Source: Dimorphilus gyrociliatus
Taxonomy: Eukaryota; Animalia; Annelida
Length of the DNA stretch: 64,000 bases
Direction of reading: 5' to 3'
Assembly (NCBI GenBank): GCA_904063045.1
Contig: CAJFCJ010000002.1
Span: forward strand, 372,001-436,000
Positions within the stretch are counted from its first letter, which is position 1, and each line of letters opens with the position of its first letter. The position numbers were made by a program, and so were the translations under genes. Below the pieces are notes generated by a model that searched no databases, was not told the origin of the DNA, and was given only the letters and a program-made list of their open reading frames with translations. Shown here one piece after another: positions 50,270-63,680 of the stretch.

Positions 50270-53200
50270 AGCGACGACAAATCTGGAATGCGCTCTTATT
50301 AACCCCTCCCAGACTCCATCTTGCTTTCGATATAGTAGTTTTATGGTCAGTAAAAAGCTGTTGTTTGTTTTTGTACGACTGTCCTATAAGAGTTGTTATA
50401 AAAAATTAAAATAATGGTAATCATTATATTATTAATTTCTCAACTTAACATTAGGACAAAAAACTAATTTGAACAGTTAGTTTGCATACAAACAGGATTT
50501 TAATATGAAATGAGAGAGTATCGTTCGTGTATTTTATTTCCAAGTTAATTTTTTATTTAAAAAAACAAGTGGCTGTCTTGATTTTAAATCTAATCGAACG
50601 AATAATATTCAAGTTTCAATAATTTAATCAGGATTGCATCAGTTATATCTGTGAATACTTTTAATTTTCTATTTTAGAAGATGAATTTAGTTTAATAATC
50701 ATAATGTATTAGTTAATTGATTTTGCAGATCGACAATTGCTAAATACTCGCTTATAAATTTATCTTCGGAAACTTTATTTGTAGTTTGTATTATGTTCAT
50801 AAAAAAAGTTGAAGTGAAGACGTAACATCATATATATTCTGTAAATGAGCGAATATTCTACTTATAGAAATATATTCATATATACTTTTATAATAATTAT
50901 CTCATACTAAATAAATATTGTCAAAAATATCCGATATCTCTATTAAATTATTTGTAGTTTTCCTAGCAGAAAACTCATGCTACAAGATAAATAAAGTAAT
51001 AAGGGAATGGTCAGTGGGTCAATTGTACGAGTTAGTTTAAAGAAAATCTAGTTGAGAATAGGTGGGCTTCGAATGTTCCAATATCACAAAAAAAAGTTTA
51101 CAGATCTGAAATTAGCATTAGTTTTTGATCTTTGTACCGAATGAAAAACTAATGCTTCGAGGCTGAAGAGAAGAGGAAATATTTCAAACTCTATATTATT
51201 CCTCTATGAGCAATAAATCTATATTTTTTTGCACGAAATCTATTACCGTATTAATATGAAAGTAAAATGACTTAATTTATTCAGTAAACTTTTACAATAT
51301 GGTTGAATTTTTACCAACAGAGCCATCTACTGTATAATAAATAGGCTAATCAGATTTAATTTTTCTTATAATTTATTATCTTAGATATAATATCGTTTTT
51401 TTCTTTTTTTTTAAAAAAAAAAGGTAAAACATGACAAACTATTTCATTCAAAACAAGCTCGAAATCGTCCTTTTTCTGTTTCAATGCATAACTAAAAAAA
51501 AGGGAAAATAAAAAAATTTGGACTGTAAATGAAATCGAGTTTAATTCTTTTTATAGAAATTTACTAATTTATGGCTTGTATTTATTTGGTTTTTATGTGC
51601 ATTATAAATTATGTTGTACAGTTATAGAATATCTCTCAATTGTTATTGGTTTGTAAAGTCTACTTTTGTAGATAGACAAACATGCACACAATATAGAAAT
51701 ATTGTGTGTAGACAATATCATTAATTACTTCCGGAGAATCATTCAATATCTTTGTTGTTCAATAATTTATTGGTTCACAATATAAATAATAAGAAAATGT
51801 TGAGCCTTTAGCTTCTAGACTCGGACCGAAACTAATTTGATTAGTTCATTTCTATTTATGTAGTCATTTTTCTTAATTAAAACAACTGACTTATGTGAAT
51901 AGAAACAATGAACAAAAACTTTGGTACTTTATGTAACAGATGGCGCTAGCGCAACAGATGGACCTACCGTTTACTGTGAGTAACAAGAGAGAAAGTCAAA
52001 TACTATTAGCGGTATTTCTTTTTTTCATTAGAATTTAAAGAAATTAATTGGTATTATTTGTCATGGAAAAGTCAGTATAATTATAAGAAGAAAGTCATCT
52101 TAATGATTTAATTACAAAGGCGTCTGGTATAATATGCCCAATCATATAGTGTACTCTGATTTAATTCCAAGAAATCGACGATAAAGGGAGAATATTCGTA
52201 GAATAAGCACCTAGTTATGATTATATAGAAAACATTTACGATATAGTGCAAAATAAGTAGTTAAAATAGCTTATTTGAAAGGACAAAATATAATTTGATG
52301 TACTCTTGTTATATTTCCGTCGTTGATTGATACAAGCCAAGCTAAAAGGCTTGATTATGGCAAGAAAAATTCCAAATTAAGTCCTATTTACCCCTTAGCC
52401 CATATTTCGGATGACTAAACATTAATTACCTATTCATATTCAAGAATAGAATCTTTCGTAGTCTCCTCATAATAGTCATGACAAATGGAAAGACTAATTT
52501 CTTGTTATCATTTTCAAGCTAGGCTAATAAAATCATGATAATATTTACTAATAGGTAAAAGCATCATATTAGATTTTTTCTTTTTAATTATCATAGCTAC
52601 TATATAAATAACGACGAGAGAGAAAATTTATAAAAAGAGTGTCTCTTTTTATATTTTATCATTTTTCATAAACAACTAGAAGAGAAAATGAATTGACAAA
52701 CGTGCATTTTCTTATAGAAAAAATATTGAAAGAACGTAGAATTTTAAGCATATTCTGATTAATTAAAGAATATATATATATAGATAAATATATATATCAA
52801 TGTGTATTGAATTAAATACGCAAAATTTACATGGTTTACAAGAGAACCTTTACTATTACTTAATGGTATAAGAGAACTAGTCGTATAAATATTCCTTTTT
52901 CTATTAGTCTTTCATTTAGTGTATATTGAATAAATTTGTTTAATTGTTAAAATTTCCTGTTTAAAGAGCAGAAAAACTATAAAGGCAACTTCCAAGATAT
53001 ATATATTTTTTATTAAATCTATGAACAAAACGGCTTGTGGGAAATGAAAGTAAATCTAATTTTTCTCCGTCAACCTTTTGACCCTGACGTCCATTTTACT
53101 ACTTGCAGACAGCTAGACTGTTGACGGCGTTCCTTAATGAAAATATTTTCTATTGATATTTTGACAAAAGCTATGCGTCCAATTGAATTGAATATCTCGC

Positions 53201-53853
53201 AGAGATAAATTCCTAGTTTCACTGTTTTTTGTTGTATCTCCTTAGGGATGAATTAACAAGAAATTCGCACTTTATTTTCATTAAAGCCTAATAATGATTA
53301 AAAAAATATTGCTTTTGGTATTAGCCATGCCTTGAAATTTTATACAATATTTGTAAAGCGTACCTGATACATTTTTCAGCGTCATTTTTCATTCTCCGAA
53401 TAAAAGTTTTTCAATTCAATGAACATATTGTTCGATCTTGTTTCCATTTACAATAACAGACGTTTTTACGGTAAAAAAGAAAATATTTTGTCAAATCATT
53501 TAGACGGAGAGATCACACGTTCCGAAGCGTCTATTTATAGTGAACTTTTACACAATTCACCTGTTTTCCTATTGTTGTGCATCATATGGTTCATTCGTTT
53601 TACATTACAAAATGTTGAAGGATTTCTTTTTCGTAACAAGATCTATTTTAGGATGTTTTAGGGGTCCTTTCTTTGTTGGTCACAATTTTATACAATCATT
53701 CTCAAATTAGTTCTATTATTTCGTGTTATATTTTCATCATTAAAATTTTACAGTCACGATAATTGAAATCTGCTAAAATGCAACTCCATAAAAGTACAGT
53801 TAATTTATTTAATGCACAAGAGATTGATTGTATGTCACCTTTAATATGATGAT

Positions 53854-55120
53854 CTAAACACTTTCGGGTGCGGTTCTAATTAAATTGTCGTCCATATCGT
53901 CATCTTCATACTTACTATACGACGGTGAGGAATCTTCGCTTGCAATTTCACTTTCATAATTAAACGTTTTTATAACATAAAGTACAGATGAGAGCAGCAG
54001 CATAGAACCTTAAAAAATTCAAGCGCAAATTTAAGTAGGCTATTGAAAGTTAATTGCTACTATGAGATTATTTTTTTTTACCCGGAACTGCAATCAGCCA
54101 AGAAAAATGAACTTTTATGAGAGATCCTACTCCCAAGAGTGAGTATAACAATCCCCTTTTCCAATCATCAAAGACTAATATCGTCGTCCAACAATGTGAG
54201 CATCGTCGTTGTTCTCGTCTAGGTAAATTATTGATTATACTATGATTGATACAGCGAAATATAAGAGAATGGAAGGCTTAAAAAATATAATGGAGCATTT
54301 CTCTTTTGAGGGTAAGAAGAAGAAGCAGACAAATTGTATTGGATTTCAATAACCTTTAGATAAAAGAGTAGAAAGTATTGCAAAAGGCGAATATAAATGA
54401 CCTTAGCTACTGATAAACGTCTAGATAAGAGTTCTGCAGTTTGCGGGAGCTTTACGAACCTTAGAAATGATGTGTAACAAAAGTCGATTACAAATAAACT
54501 TTCCAAAAGAGTAACTATTATAGCACAGCATCTGCAAATGAAGAAGTTTTTTTATTATATTAGAATAATCCAGAAAATCAAAAAACAACAATATGTAATA
54601 TTATAAAATTTTTGCTGTAAAAAACTGCTATAGATACATTGGAAATATTGATAGATAATTCAATCAGCTGACAAAGGAATATAATGAGGCAAGTGCGAAC
54701 AAGAGGCGTACAACTTCCTGATCTATTCGAATCTTCGTTCAATAATTGATGGACAGAAAATACTTAGGTATTTTTGCTGAGATATTTCAGTATTTATGAT
54801 AACAATTGAATACGAAATACTTGTTTTGCTAACATTTGAATATGCTAAAATAAATAAAAACTATTTTATTTCTTTCACATAATACCTACAATAAGTAACA
54901 ACCAAGCAGTATGTGGTTCCCATCATCAACTTCTTCAGCTCCAACTCCGTATAATACTGCAATTGAATTGTTGTGTAATATTACATAATATGAGGCAACA
55001 AAGAGTTTATTTTTAAATTCAGATAAGTCACTTACCTATGGCAGTAAATATAGCAAAAACCCTACAGATGTACTTGTAAATATTGCACAATACTGTTTTG
55101 CAAGAACGTTTCGACCGCAT
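53854..55120 (-). CDS. TMEM72: TMEM72-like multipass membrane protein (one internal exon unresolved)
   Basis: Exons MRSKR...YICRVFAIFTAI|VLYGVGAEEVDDGNHILLGCYL, ...WKRGLLYSLLGVGSLIKVHFSWLIAVP|GSMLLLSSVLY...APESV* parallel the TMEM72 pattern (YTCRLLGITTAAVLIGVG; VTIPGSMLII), as recalled from memory. Confidence 0.7.
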
Positions 55121-55181
55121 ATTTAGTCAACGTACAAAAAATGAAGCATCCTTTAGAGTGCAGCCAACTTCTGTTCCTAAT

Positions 55182-55194
55182 CACTAGATGGCGA
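55182..55194 (+). promoter_or_regulatory. CTCF-like motif CACTAGATGGCGA in the divergent TMEM72/Cys-loop receptor promoter
   Basis: Near-perfect match to the CTCF core within a 245-bp head-to-head intergenic gap. Confidence 0.65.
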
Positions 55195-55364
55195 AACGGT
55201 ACTTTTCCGACAGACCGGATAAAAACTATTAATGAAGAATGTATTGTCACATTAAAATGCTGTAGATATATAGCGAAGCGTGGCTTTTTATGATTCAGAC
55301 ATATATTATTTAATAATTAAGAGCATGTTGAACACTGCATTTACCAACATATTTAGAGGTAAAG

Positions 55365-57464
55365 ATGAATAAATATCAAATTATTACCGTTCTCATCTTT
55401 TCAACTATTGCTATATCATATGGATCATACGGTTAACAACTTTGAGTTCAAAATTATTATGAAATTTATTAATATTTTAATGATAGCTTTTGTAAATTTC
55501 TTAGATGAACTTCCTGTCTATAAGTTGAAGAAAAGATTGTTACACGGCCGTGAAAAAAGTTTTCTAACTACGAAAGACAGTTCAAACAAATTAAAAGTGT
55601 CTCTCTTACTCCTAATAGCCAGGATTGATAAGTTGGTAAGCAAAATTTAAAAATAAAATTTCTATTGAAATGAATCACAAATAAATAAACCTAAAAATGC
55701 TAAAGTAATGACATACAAATATTAAAATGTAAACATTTATATACAGTCCGAAAAAGATCAAGAACTCACTTCCTACCTTTGGCTATCATTGGTAAGTCTT
55801 TAAATATTTCTTATACTACAGAGAGAGAGAGAGAGAAATCGCTTTTTCAACGTTTTGAATTTGACAGTCCTGGAAAGACGATACCCTAAAATGGAATCCT
55901 TCTTCGTACGGAAATATAACAACGTTCACTACTACACATGATACTCTTTGGATACCTGAGATGATAATTAGAAATACGTAAGCTGTTATAAATTTAGCGA
56001 AGATTTTAGAATATTTGAACGAATTTGTCATTCATAAATTAGAAAAGAACAACCTATTGATATTGGATTAGAGCAAAAAAGAAGAGTTCGGGTATTTAGC
56101 GACGGTAGTGTCAGTTGGTCGACTGCTATGATAGTCAGAACCCATTGCGATGTAAATAATTTTATTCCATTAGCCAATAGTTACGATATATCACTACTTT
56201 TATATTGGGTTGTGATGTAAAATATTTAGATTTTATTACATTTAAATACCTTTTTGAGTATTGCTTGGAATTTACTACATGCAAGTTTATTGTTTCAAGA
56301 TTGATATGACAAACTTTCCATGGGATGTTCAAGTATGTCACGTAGAATTTTCAACTATGACTTACCAAAAGGATATTCAATATGTGCCCGCTTATAATGA
56401 AGTCAGCAGGCAGGTATGAAGTGCATTTCCTTTGAATTCCTATGTTTTTATTGCTCTAAGCATTAAAATTGACGTTAAATTTTTTGTAGGCATTTAAAAA
56501 GAATCCACAGTGGAATTTAATAAAAACAAAACTTAGAACTTACGACATGTTCATTAAAATAGGTGATCACAACGGGACTGGTACAGTCGCGTATGCAACC
56601 TTTATACTTGCAAGACAATCAAGATACTATACAATGATCATAGTTGTCCCATCTTTCGTAATAATAATTGTAACCGGATTTACTTTGTTGCTGCCGTTTA
56701 AAAGTGGAGAGAAAGTTTCTCTAAATATAACCGTTCTTTTATCCTATACAATGCTATTAATATTAATGTCCAGCATTATGCCCGAAAATTCATTAAACTT
56801 TCCTATCCTGGGTAAGTTTTATTATTTATTATGTAAAGGATAATTATTTGCAAATGGTCTGTCGTAAAGAATTCAAAAGCATGCGTGGTTCGGTAAGCCA
56901 TAAAATAAATATAACACTTATTTTCTTGAATATAATATCATAGAAATAACAAGCTAAAAATATCAATTGTTTTCAACAGCTCTACATTTGGTTCTCAATA
57001 TGATAATGTCGGGGATCATTCTTATTTCTACAGTATGTCATCAACGACTATATTTTACGTCTCCTGATAAACCTCTACCAAAGATGATTGATCCAATAGC
57101 TTTAGTTTATCTATCGCAAATATGGAACTTTGTCACATGTTCAAAAACAAAACCACCCTTGAATAACATGAATTCAAAAGTATCGAGCAGTCTTTCTGTT
57201 ACCGATGCCGTCAACGAATATGAAGAAAATTCGGCACAAGATAAGTCGAAGAATGAAAATGTTGAAGAAGAAGATGCTATACAACTTCATGAGAAGAAAG
57301 TACAGAAAGGAATTAGTATTCTTGAAAATTATTATTTCGTATTTTACATGCTTTTATTCTTTATCTACATAACTGTAGTATTCTCAAATATTGCCCGTTC
57401 ACCTGGTGCACATGGCATCGATGATAAAATACACTTTTCTCCGGCATATGATAAGGAAATTTAA
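55365..57464 (+). CDS. Divergent nAChR-like Cys-loop receptor subunit (about 8 exons)
   Basis: Signal exon MNKYQIITVLIFSTIAISYGSY, SWKDDTLKWNP...WIPE, Cys-loop CD|IDMTNFPWDVQVC, M1 YYTMIIVVP, GEKVSL before M2, and M3/M4. Confidence 0.9.
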
Positions 57465-57877
57465 TTTTCTATCGTTTAATTTCAATGGTGATTATGTAAG
57501 GTTTATCAATATTATGCAAAAACACTTGTTTGAATGTCGTGTGAACTTTTCTTAGCTTTAAATATAACTATTTATATTTATTCACGATGGTTGAATACTT
57601 TTGTGGAAGTTTATTTATAAATGCAAGCTTATTAATCCTAAGTAAACCGAAATTGTCATAAGCCGCCGGTAGAAACTGGTAAACTTTTCGGAAGAAATTC
57701 CTTTCAGGCGCTAAATCGTTCATGAATGCAAAATAAATATAAAATTTTACTCTGTTAATAGTATAGATTCTACAGGGATTGCTTTTTTCTAAAAAGTATT
57801 GAATCGTTCAACAACATTTCCTTCTCCAAACAACTTTCTTACCGTCTAATGTCAATATCTCTCATTATCGTCCGACC

Positions 57878-58240
57878 ATGAGTGCCCTGAGTCGTTACAA
57901 GAATTTTTTGAGAATAATTGAATCGTGGCCACTGGATAAATCAAAAACTAATCGGGATTTGGGAGAATTAATCAGGAAAAAGGTATCAGATGGGTTTAAA
58001 GCGTCAGGAGAATTAAAACATGCCAACGATAGCTCAAACTGTGATTCTCAGTTGGATGCTCTCGAAAGATTAGTTAAGGACGTCCACTTAAAATCTTACC
58101 CAAGATCGAAGAATACTTGCGCAACTGGTTTAACTTTGGAGGAATGTAATATACTTGTTTCAAACGAGGGTGCGCAAGTTCTGAGCGAGAGTGATGTAAC
58201 CTTCATGGACAAGCTCAAGGGAGCATTTAAGAAAAAATAA
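57878..58240 (+). CDS. UQCC2: Ubiquinol-cytochrome c reductase complex assembly factor 2 (intronless)
   Basis: N-terminus SRYKNFLRIIESWPLDKSKTNRDLGELIRKKV matches the UQCC2 signature RYRRFLKLCEEWPVD...RDLG. Confidence 0.92.
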   Translation: MSALSRYKNFLRIIESWPLDKSKTNRDLGELIRKKVSDGFKASGELKHANDSSNCDSQLDALERLVKDVHLKSYPRSKNTCATGLTLEECNILVSNEGAQVLSESDVTFMDKLKGAFKKK

Positions 58241-58980
58241 ACCATCTAAAAAGATTGTATTGGAACTGACGTGTTCTAATTATGTCTTTTTTGTTATTTT
58301 TTATGATTAGATATTCTTTGTGTAAGTAAATTATTTTAAAGTAATCACTTTTTATATCCTTCTTATCTTTTAACTGTTGACCTTGTTCATTCTAGTCCTT
58401 TTTGCGTAATTGTTCTGTACACATAAGAAGAATTGAAAATGCAATATAAAAAAGTAAATTATTCGTAGGCCAACCCCTTCTCTTAGCTCCCTTTTTTTAT
58501 TTCCATAGTAAACTTAGTAACAGGATAAACGCATGCCAACTTTATATAAATAATGAATGGCTACTCATATATCATGTTGAGACAGTTTTGAAGTTGTGTT
58601 GTAATAGTATACGCAATCAGCTTGAATCGGCTCAAATCAGGTGACACGAAAAATTCCGAAGAAGCGTGAAATACCGTCAAAAATTTCCTTAAATTGACCT
58701 AGTAGCTTCTAAAGAGGATTAGGTTTGATAAAAAAAACTTTCATAAAGAGATATAATTCTATCTAGAGTAGATAATTGAACAAATAGTTTTTTTTCCTTT
58801 TTTACCGCTGAATAAGCTTCACATTTTATGCATTTAAAATAAGAGGCGAGGTTGAAGGTTGGAAGAAAAAAAATAACAAGTCTTTGTGGTATGCGCATAT
58901 GTGGTTGATATTTACATTTTACATTTGACGTCATCCTAACAATTCAACTTTTTAAAAGAAAAAACAACAAGGCTTAAGGT

Positions 58981-59544
58981 ATGTCAAAATCGACAACTAT
59001 ACGGGAAGCTTTAGGGAAGTTAGCAGAAAAAACACACGGAAAGAAATTGTCTGATATTACCGATGTATTATTGAACGCTCAATACCCTCCCATTGAAAAA
59101 ATGGATGCAAATCTTTCACAATTGACTGCTTGTTCTAAACTATCCTTATCAACCAATTGTATCGAAAAGATATCAAACTTACACGGTCTACGAAATTTAC
59201 GTATACTTTCTCTGGGTCGTAATCAAATTAAAAGTTTATCTGGAGTTGAGGCTGTAGGAGAAACTTTACAAGAATTGTGGATATCGTATAATTTGATTGA
59301 AAAATTGAAAGGTGTTGGTAATTTGAAAAAACTGCAAGTTCTATATATTAATCACAACCTCGTTAAAGATTTGACTGAAGTTCAAAGGTTAGCCGACGTA
59401 CTCAGCTTAAGGGAGCTAACCATGATAGGAAATCCTATTGAAGAAAAACACTCAAATGAAGGAGATTGGAGAGATTTAATTAGTCAAAAGCTTCACCAAA
59501 TAAAGCAACTAGATAGCATTCCTTTGATTAGGATGGACAATTAA
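58981..59544 (+). CDS. DNAL1: Dynein axonemal light chain 1 (LRR), intronless
   Basis: TTIREAL...[13 protein letters not shown]...[11 protein letters not shown]...LSLGRNQIK...[16 protein letters not shown]...GNPIEEKH. Confidence 0.96.
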   Translation: MSKSTTIREALGKLAEKTHGKKLSDITDVLLNAQYPPIEKMDANLSQLTACSKLSLSTNCIEKISNLHGLRNLRILSLGRNQIKSLSGVEAVGETLQELWISYNLIEKLKGVGNLKKLQVLYINHNLVKDLTEVQRLADVLSLRELTMIGNPIEEKHSNEGDWRDLISQKLHQIKQLDSIPLIRMDN

Positions 59545-60664
59545 ATTTTGATTATTCTATATTATTTATATAGTGGACAATATTTGACTATTTCTGAATT
59601 AAAATAGCCTTTTAATCGTTGTAAGAAGAGATTTGAAGTGTTCGTTGTTGCGAGAATAATAAAGGCCAACTTGTTTGCAGTTCATTGAACATACATAGAA
59701 AATAGGGGGAATCAAGCGCTTAACTTATATTGGCTATTACTGCTTGATCTATTTCCATAAAAGAAAGTGCCAAGTCTTGAAAAGGGTGATCTGTAGACCC
59801 TTTCCTATTTTAGTGGTGCAAATTTCCGTCTCCTCTATACTTAATGCTCTTTTTTTGAATACCCTACTTCAAAGCCTTTACATTCAATTAACAATACATA
59901 CTGTAGTTCAATATATATACAACCTAATATGTATGAACCATTGTGCTTCGCACTTAACCGTATCACTTGGTAAATATAATGATCATCATTCAAAATGACA
60001 AGATTTCATTGTGTATGGTTTTTCGGCGACCCTCTTTGTAACGTAATTCTTCCTATAAATAGAAAAAACACGTAACTGAAAACGAAAGGACCCTTCATTT
60101 TCCGACCTTTTTATAAACTTTAATAATATAGACTTTAACAAATTGATTTATTCATACAATTACAACGTCATAAAGATTGTAGCATTCTCTATTCAACATA
60201 ATTTTGACACTGAACAGTACTCAGCTTGACGTCTAGACCGACGTGTACAATTGCAAAAAATAAAGAGAAACTTCGATTCACAAGTGTAAATCGTTGAACG
60301 AAACGTGTTATATAACATGTACAGCTAAGAGAAAAAGCCTTAAAAATTACTCAAGTGGTCAGACTAAGATAAAGAAAACTTTAAATATGTACATATTTAT
60401 TGTAGTTTTCCTTGTGGAAAAATAAATAGTGTAGTCTATCCTGTTTTATTAAGATTTGTGCTAATTAACAACATTGGTGAGCGTCGGATTAAAACAAAAA
60501 TATATCCGTCTGTAACTGTACATAAATGTCATGATATAGAATTTCAAAAGCAAACAAAACTACTATATATGACTAGAGTGAATATACATTGTTTGTACAT
60601 AAGTAATAAAAACGATAATCTATTTGTGGAAGAGTCTGGTAAATATGAATTCACCACAAATAGA

Positions 60665-61297
60665 TTATTTCAAAATCAAGTTGTCTTTAAGAGGAGGGGG
60701 AAGAGGTAACCGGTGCAAGAGTGCTAATCGTTCAGTTCCTAAATGTTTTCGTATCGAAGTGACGGCTAGATATTTGAGAGGTCTAGGTTGGGCTGTTATA
60801 AGAAAAAGTTACAGATTAGTCATAGATAAAGGTAAAGATAAGGATAATAGGTGAACTCACTCTTTAATTCCGTAAGAAATGCTACTTCGCTTTCAGACCT
60901 CGCGTGTTCTGGCATCAAATAATCAAGGGGCGTTTGACCGGCTAGATTTCGAATAGACAAGTCGCTGCCCCGAGCTAAAACTTTCAATACGGAAAGTTGA
61001 CCGTGCTTTGCGGCTAAATGAGCTAATGTATTCCCATGACCGTCTCGAATGTTCGTGTCGGCTCCGTATTTCAATAAGACCTGATAATAATCAATATAAG
61101 GAGGGGGGCGTTTTTAACGAGAGGATGCAAGGGCTAATAATTACCTTTAATGTCCTAACGTATCCGACCCGAGCGGCGTCGTGCCCAGGTGTCAATAAAA
61201 GACATCTCCCATTTCCTATTCCTCGATCTTGAACATTAGGATTCGCACCAGCTTTTAGAAGTTGCTCAGCTACATCGGGGTAGCTCAAATTCATAAC
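60665..61297 (-). CDS. INK4/CDKN2-like ankyrin-repeat protein with C-terminal SOCS box (exons 61297-61145, 61080-60861, 60792-60665; 5' end unresolved)
   Basis: VMNLSYPDVAEQLLKAGANPNVQD...TPGHDAARVGYVRTLK|VLLKYGADTNIRD...LAHLAAKHGQL resembles p18/p19 INK4. The last exon reads TQPRPLKYLAVTSIRKHLGTERLALLHRLPLPPPLKDNLILK*. Confidence 0.8.
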
Positions 61298-63173
61298 CTG
61301 GGAAAAAAGATAACAATAAAATTAATATGTCAGGGATATGATAATTCAATTTAATCCATTTAATGTAATATAAATATTTGAAATTTTTACGTGCATACTT
61401 GTGCTATGCATAAGCACGGCGTCCGTAATTTATTGCCACATTCACACTTCACTTCAAAGACACCGACTTTCTCTGTTCATTTATTGTATGGCTTTGGAAA
61501 TTTAGTGCGATACATACAAATGACTGTTTGTCTCGTTCAAAAAATTCAATTAAGACATATTTATCGACTGAGTTGAATACCTTAGAGATTATAGGACCCG
61601 AATTGATCAAGGAGGCAACGAGGCGAAAACTTTTGTCAATAAGAAAATGATTAAAGTTTACTCTCGCATGCTTATATATAAAAAGGCGTAATTCAAGCGT
61701 TGGTTTGTTCGTGCGCGCGTTATTTTTTCAATCGTATTTACTTATAAAAGCGTCGCGTTCCTCTTTTTATTAGACTACTTGAGCCAATGAGTACAATGCT
61801 CTGTCAAAGATGCCCCTTGTTGACGACATAATTGAGGAATATTACGTTACAAGAGTGTCTCTATATGTCACCACCACATTCTTTAGCGCACGTACCGACA
61901 AAACTCCCATGCTTATTCAACTTAATACAAGTCAATATTCCATGTTTAATTTTGTTTTATACTATTCAATTTCTATTTGCGGAGTTTTTTCAAGCACGTG
62001 CATATCGTTACTTGATTCTTACATAAAGAATATGTGGATATTGTGTACACATGTTCAATCTTATCAATTCCATCAATAAGCAAACAGGGTCTTATCTTTA
62101 AACATGCTTAGACAATGGAAAGAAGATACACAAAAGACCTGTTTGCACTATGTCGTAAAATGTTTACGACCTATATAGATGCGCGTGTTGGTGTTTGTTT
62201 ATACAACAAATTAACGTGGGTTGCTACGGGTTACCTTTGTACTAGGTGTATCATATATACATCTCCTATGAAGTGCTGAAGTGCATGTCGTATATAAATC
62301 TCTCTGATATCAACCACTTTGAAATAGAATAATTAATTTACATTCACAACACTTAACAAAGGAAACACTCTTTTCTTTTCAGCATCAGCCTTGCGATTCA
62401 TTTCCTTGCGCGCATATAAATAGGTTATTGGTCCATTAGATCTTTGGTTGGTATCTTTCGCCAATGGCGATATCAAGCAGAACACAACAAAATTGACTGC
62501 CACCTTCTCTTGGCTTTTAACGCTTATCTTTTATCTGTCCAAGCTGTCATATTATTAATCATTCCTAGTTTTCTTTATCCTCCAGTTGTTAGAATTATAT
62601 AGTAAATAACAATAAATAAGTTGTAGAGATAAGCCTCATAAAAACCAATTAAACATAGGTCAAACACCTATGGAAACTGTTTACTGAAGGATTAGGGTAG
62701 ATAAGGGGGCTATTGAGGATTTTGCAAGAGTTCTTTATGAATCGAGTATTAAGAACCGAGCTATTATTGGACAATTGGGGTGAAAATTCGGACGGTTGCA
62801 CAGGATTTAGCAATACGTTGTCGTAATACCTATATAAAAGACGAATATACGAGTATGGCCCAAAAAATAAAACGTTAAATCCGGTCAATAACAAAAGTAT
62901 ATAACGTCGTAATAAAACACAAAAGCACTTAAACGTTGACATCTAAAGTAATTATTTACTTTTCAAGCCAATGACTAACATAATATCGCATTACTGAGTA
63001 AAAGTTTTGCCATCATTGGGCCATTGTTTACTCGTTGACATTCAACCATCAACTCGGAATAATGATTTCGTTTCGCTTAGATTTGCACAAGGAGGTTATT
63101 GTATTGATGGAATGTTTAAAGTCTCATAATTATATTCTCTATGTGTTTTATAGTCTATTGAAGATGTACATCT

Positions 63174-63196
63174 CATGCATGCATGCATGCATGCAT
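63174..63196. repeat. (CATG)5 self-complementary tetranucleotide repeat
   Basis: CATGCATGCATGCATGCATGCAT. Confidence 0.9.
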
Positions 63197-63469
63197 ACAC
63201 ACCTATAGGGCATGGTGTCTAACCGCAAGCCATATATTTTCGACACACATAATAATTAGGTGTCAAAGTACTGTCCGTTGAAAACCAGAGATGAGATTTA
63301 TGGGACTAATGTGCAATAAAAAACCACCAATTATTCTGTGCCTTATGATATACTGAATCAAACTGGCAATGCAATTAATAATCAAAGAATCAGCCTCAAG
63401 CCGACTGCTCTCATCAAAGAATACATTGAAGGTCGAAGTAAAAATAAACAATTCTAGCGCCAAAATCAA

Positions 63470-63680
63470 GATTCAACACGCCACACGCTATCTTTGTTTC
63501 CCGCGCGCGCGAATATGCGCCTTCGCCTAAAATGACCAAAAAGTAATTCTACATCATAATAAGCTATTAAAAAATATTTAACAAATTGTCAACATATTTA
63601 AGAAATCCCCACTGCCCTCCCATCAATTCGCTTGTCTACACCTACCAATCATCCCGCATCTCCGCACGCGCTAAGAGTTA
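63470..63680. promoter_or_regulatory. GC/CpG-rich promoter-like island
   Basis: Local GC enrichment, CGCGCGCGCG, CCAAT and CCCGC boxes, and no convincing ORF. The target gene is unresolved. Confidence 0.35.
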
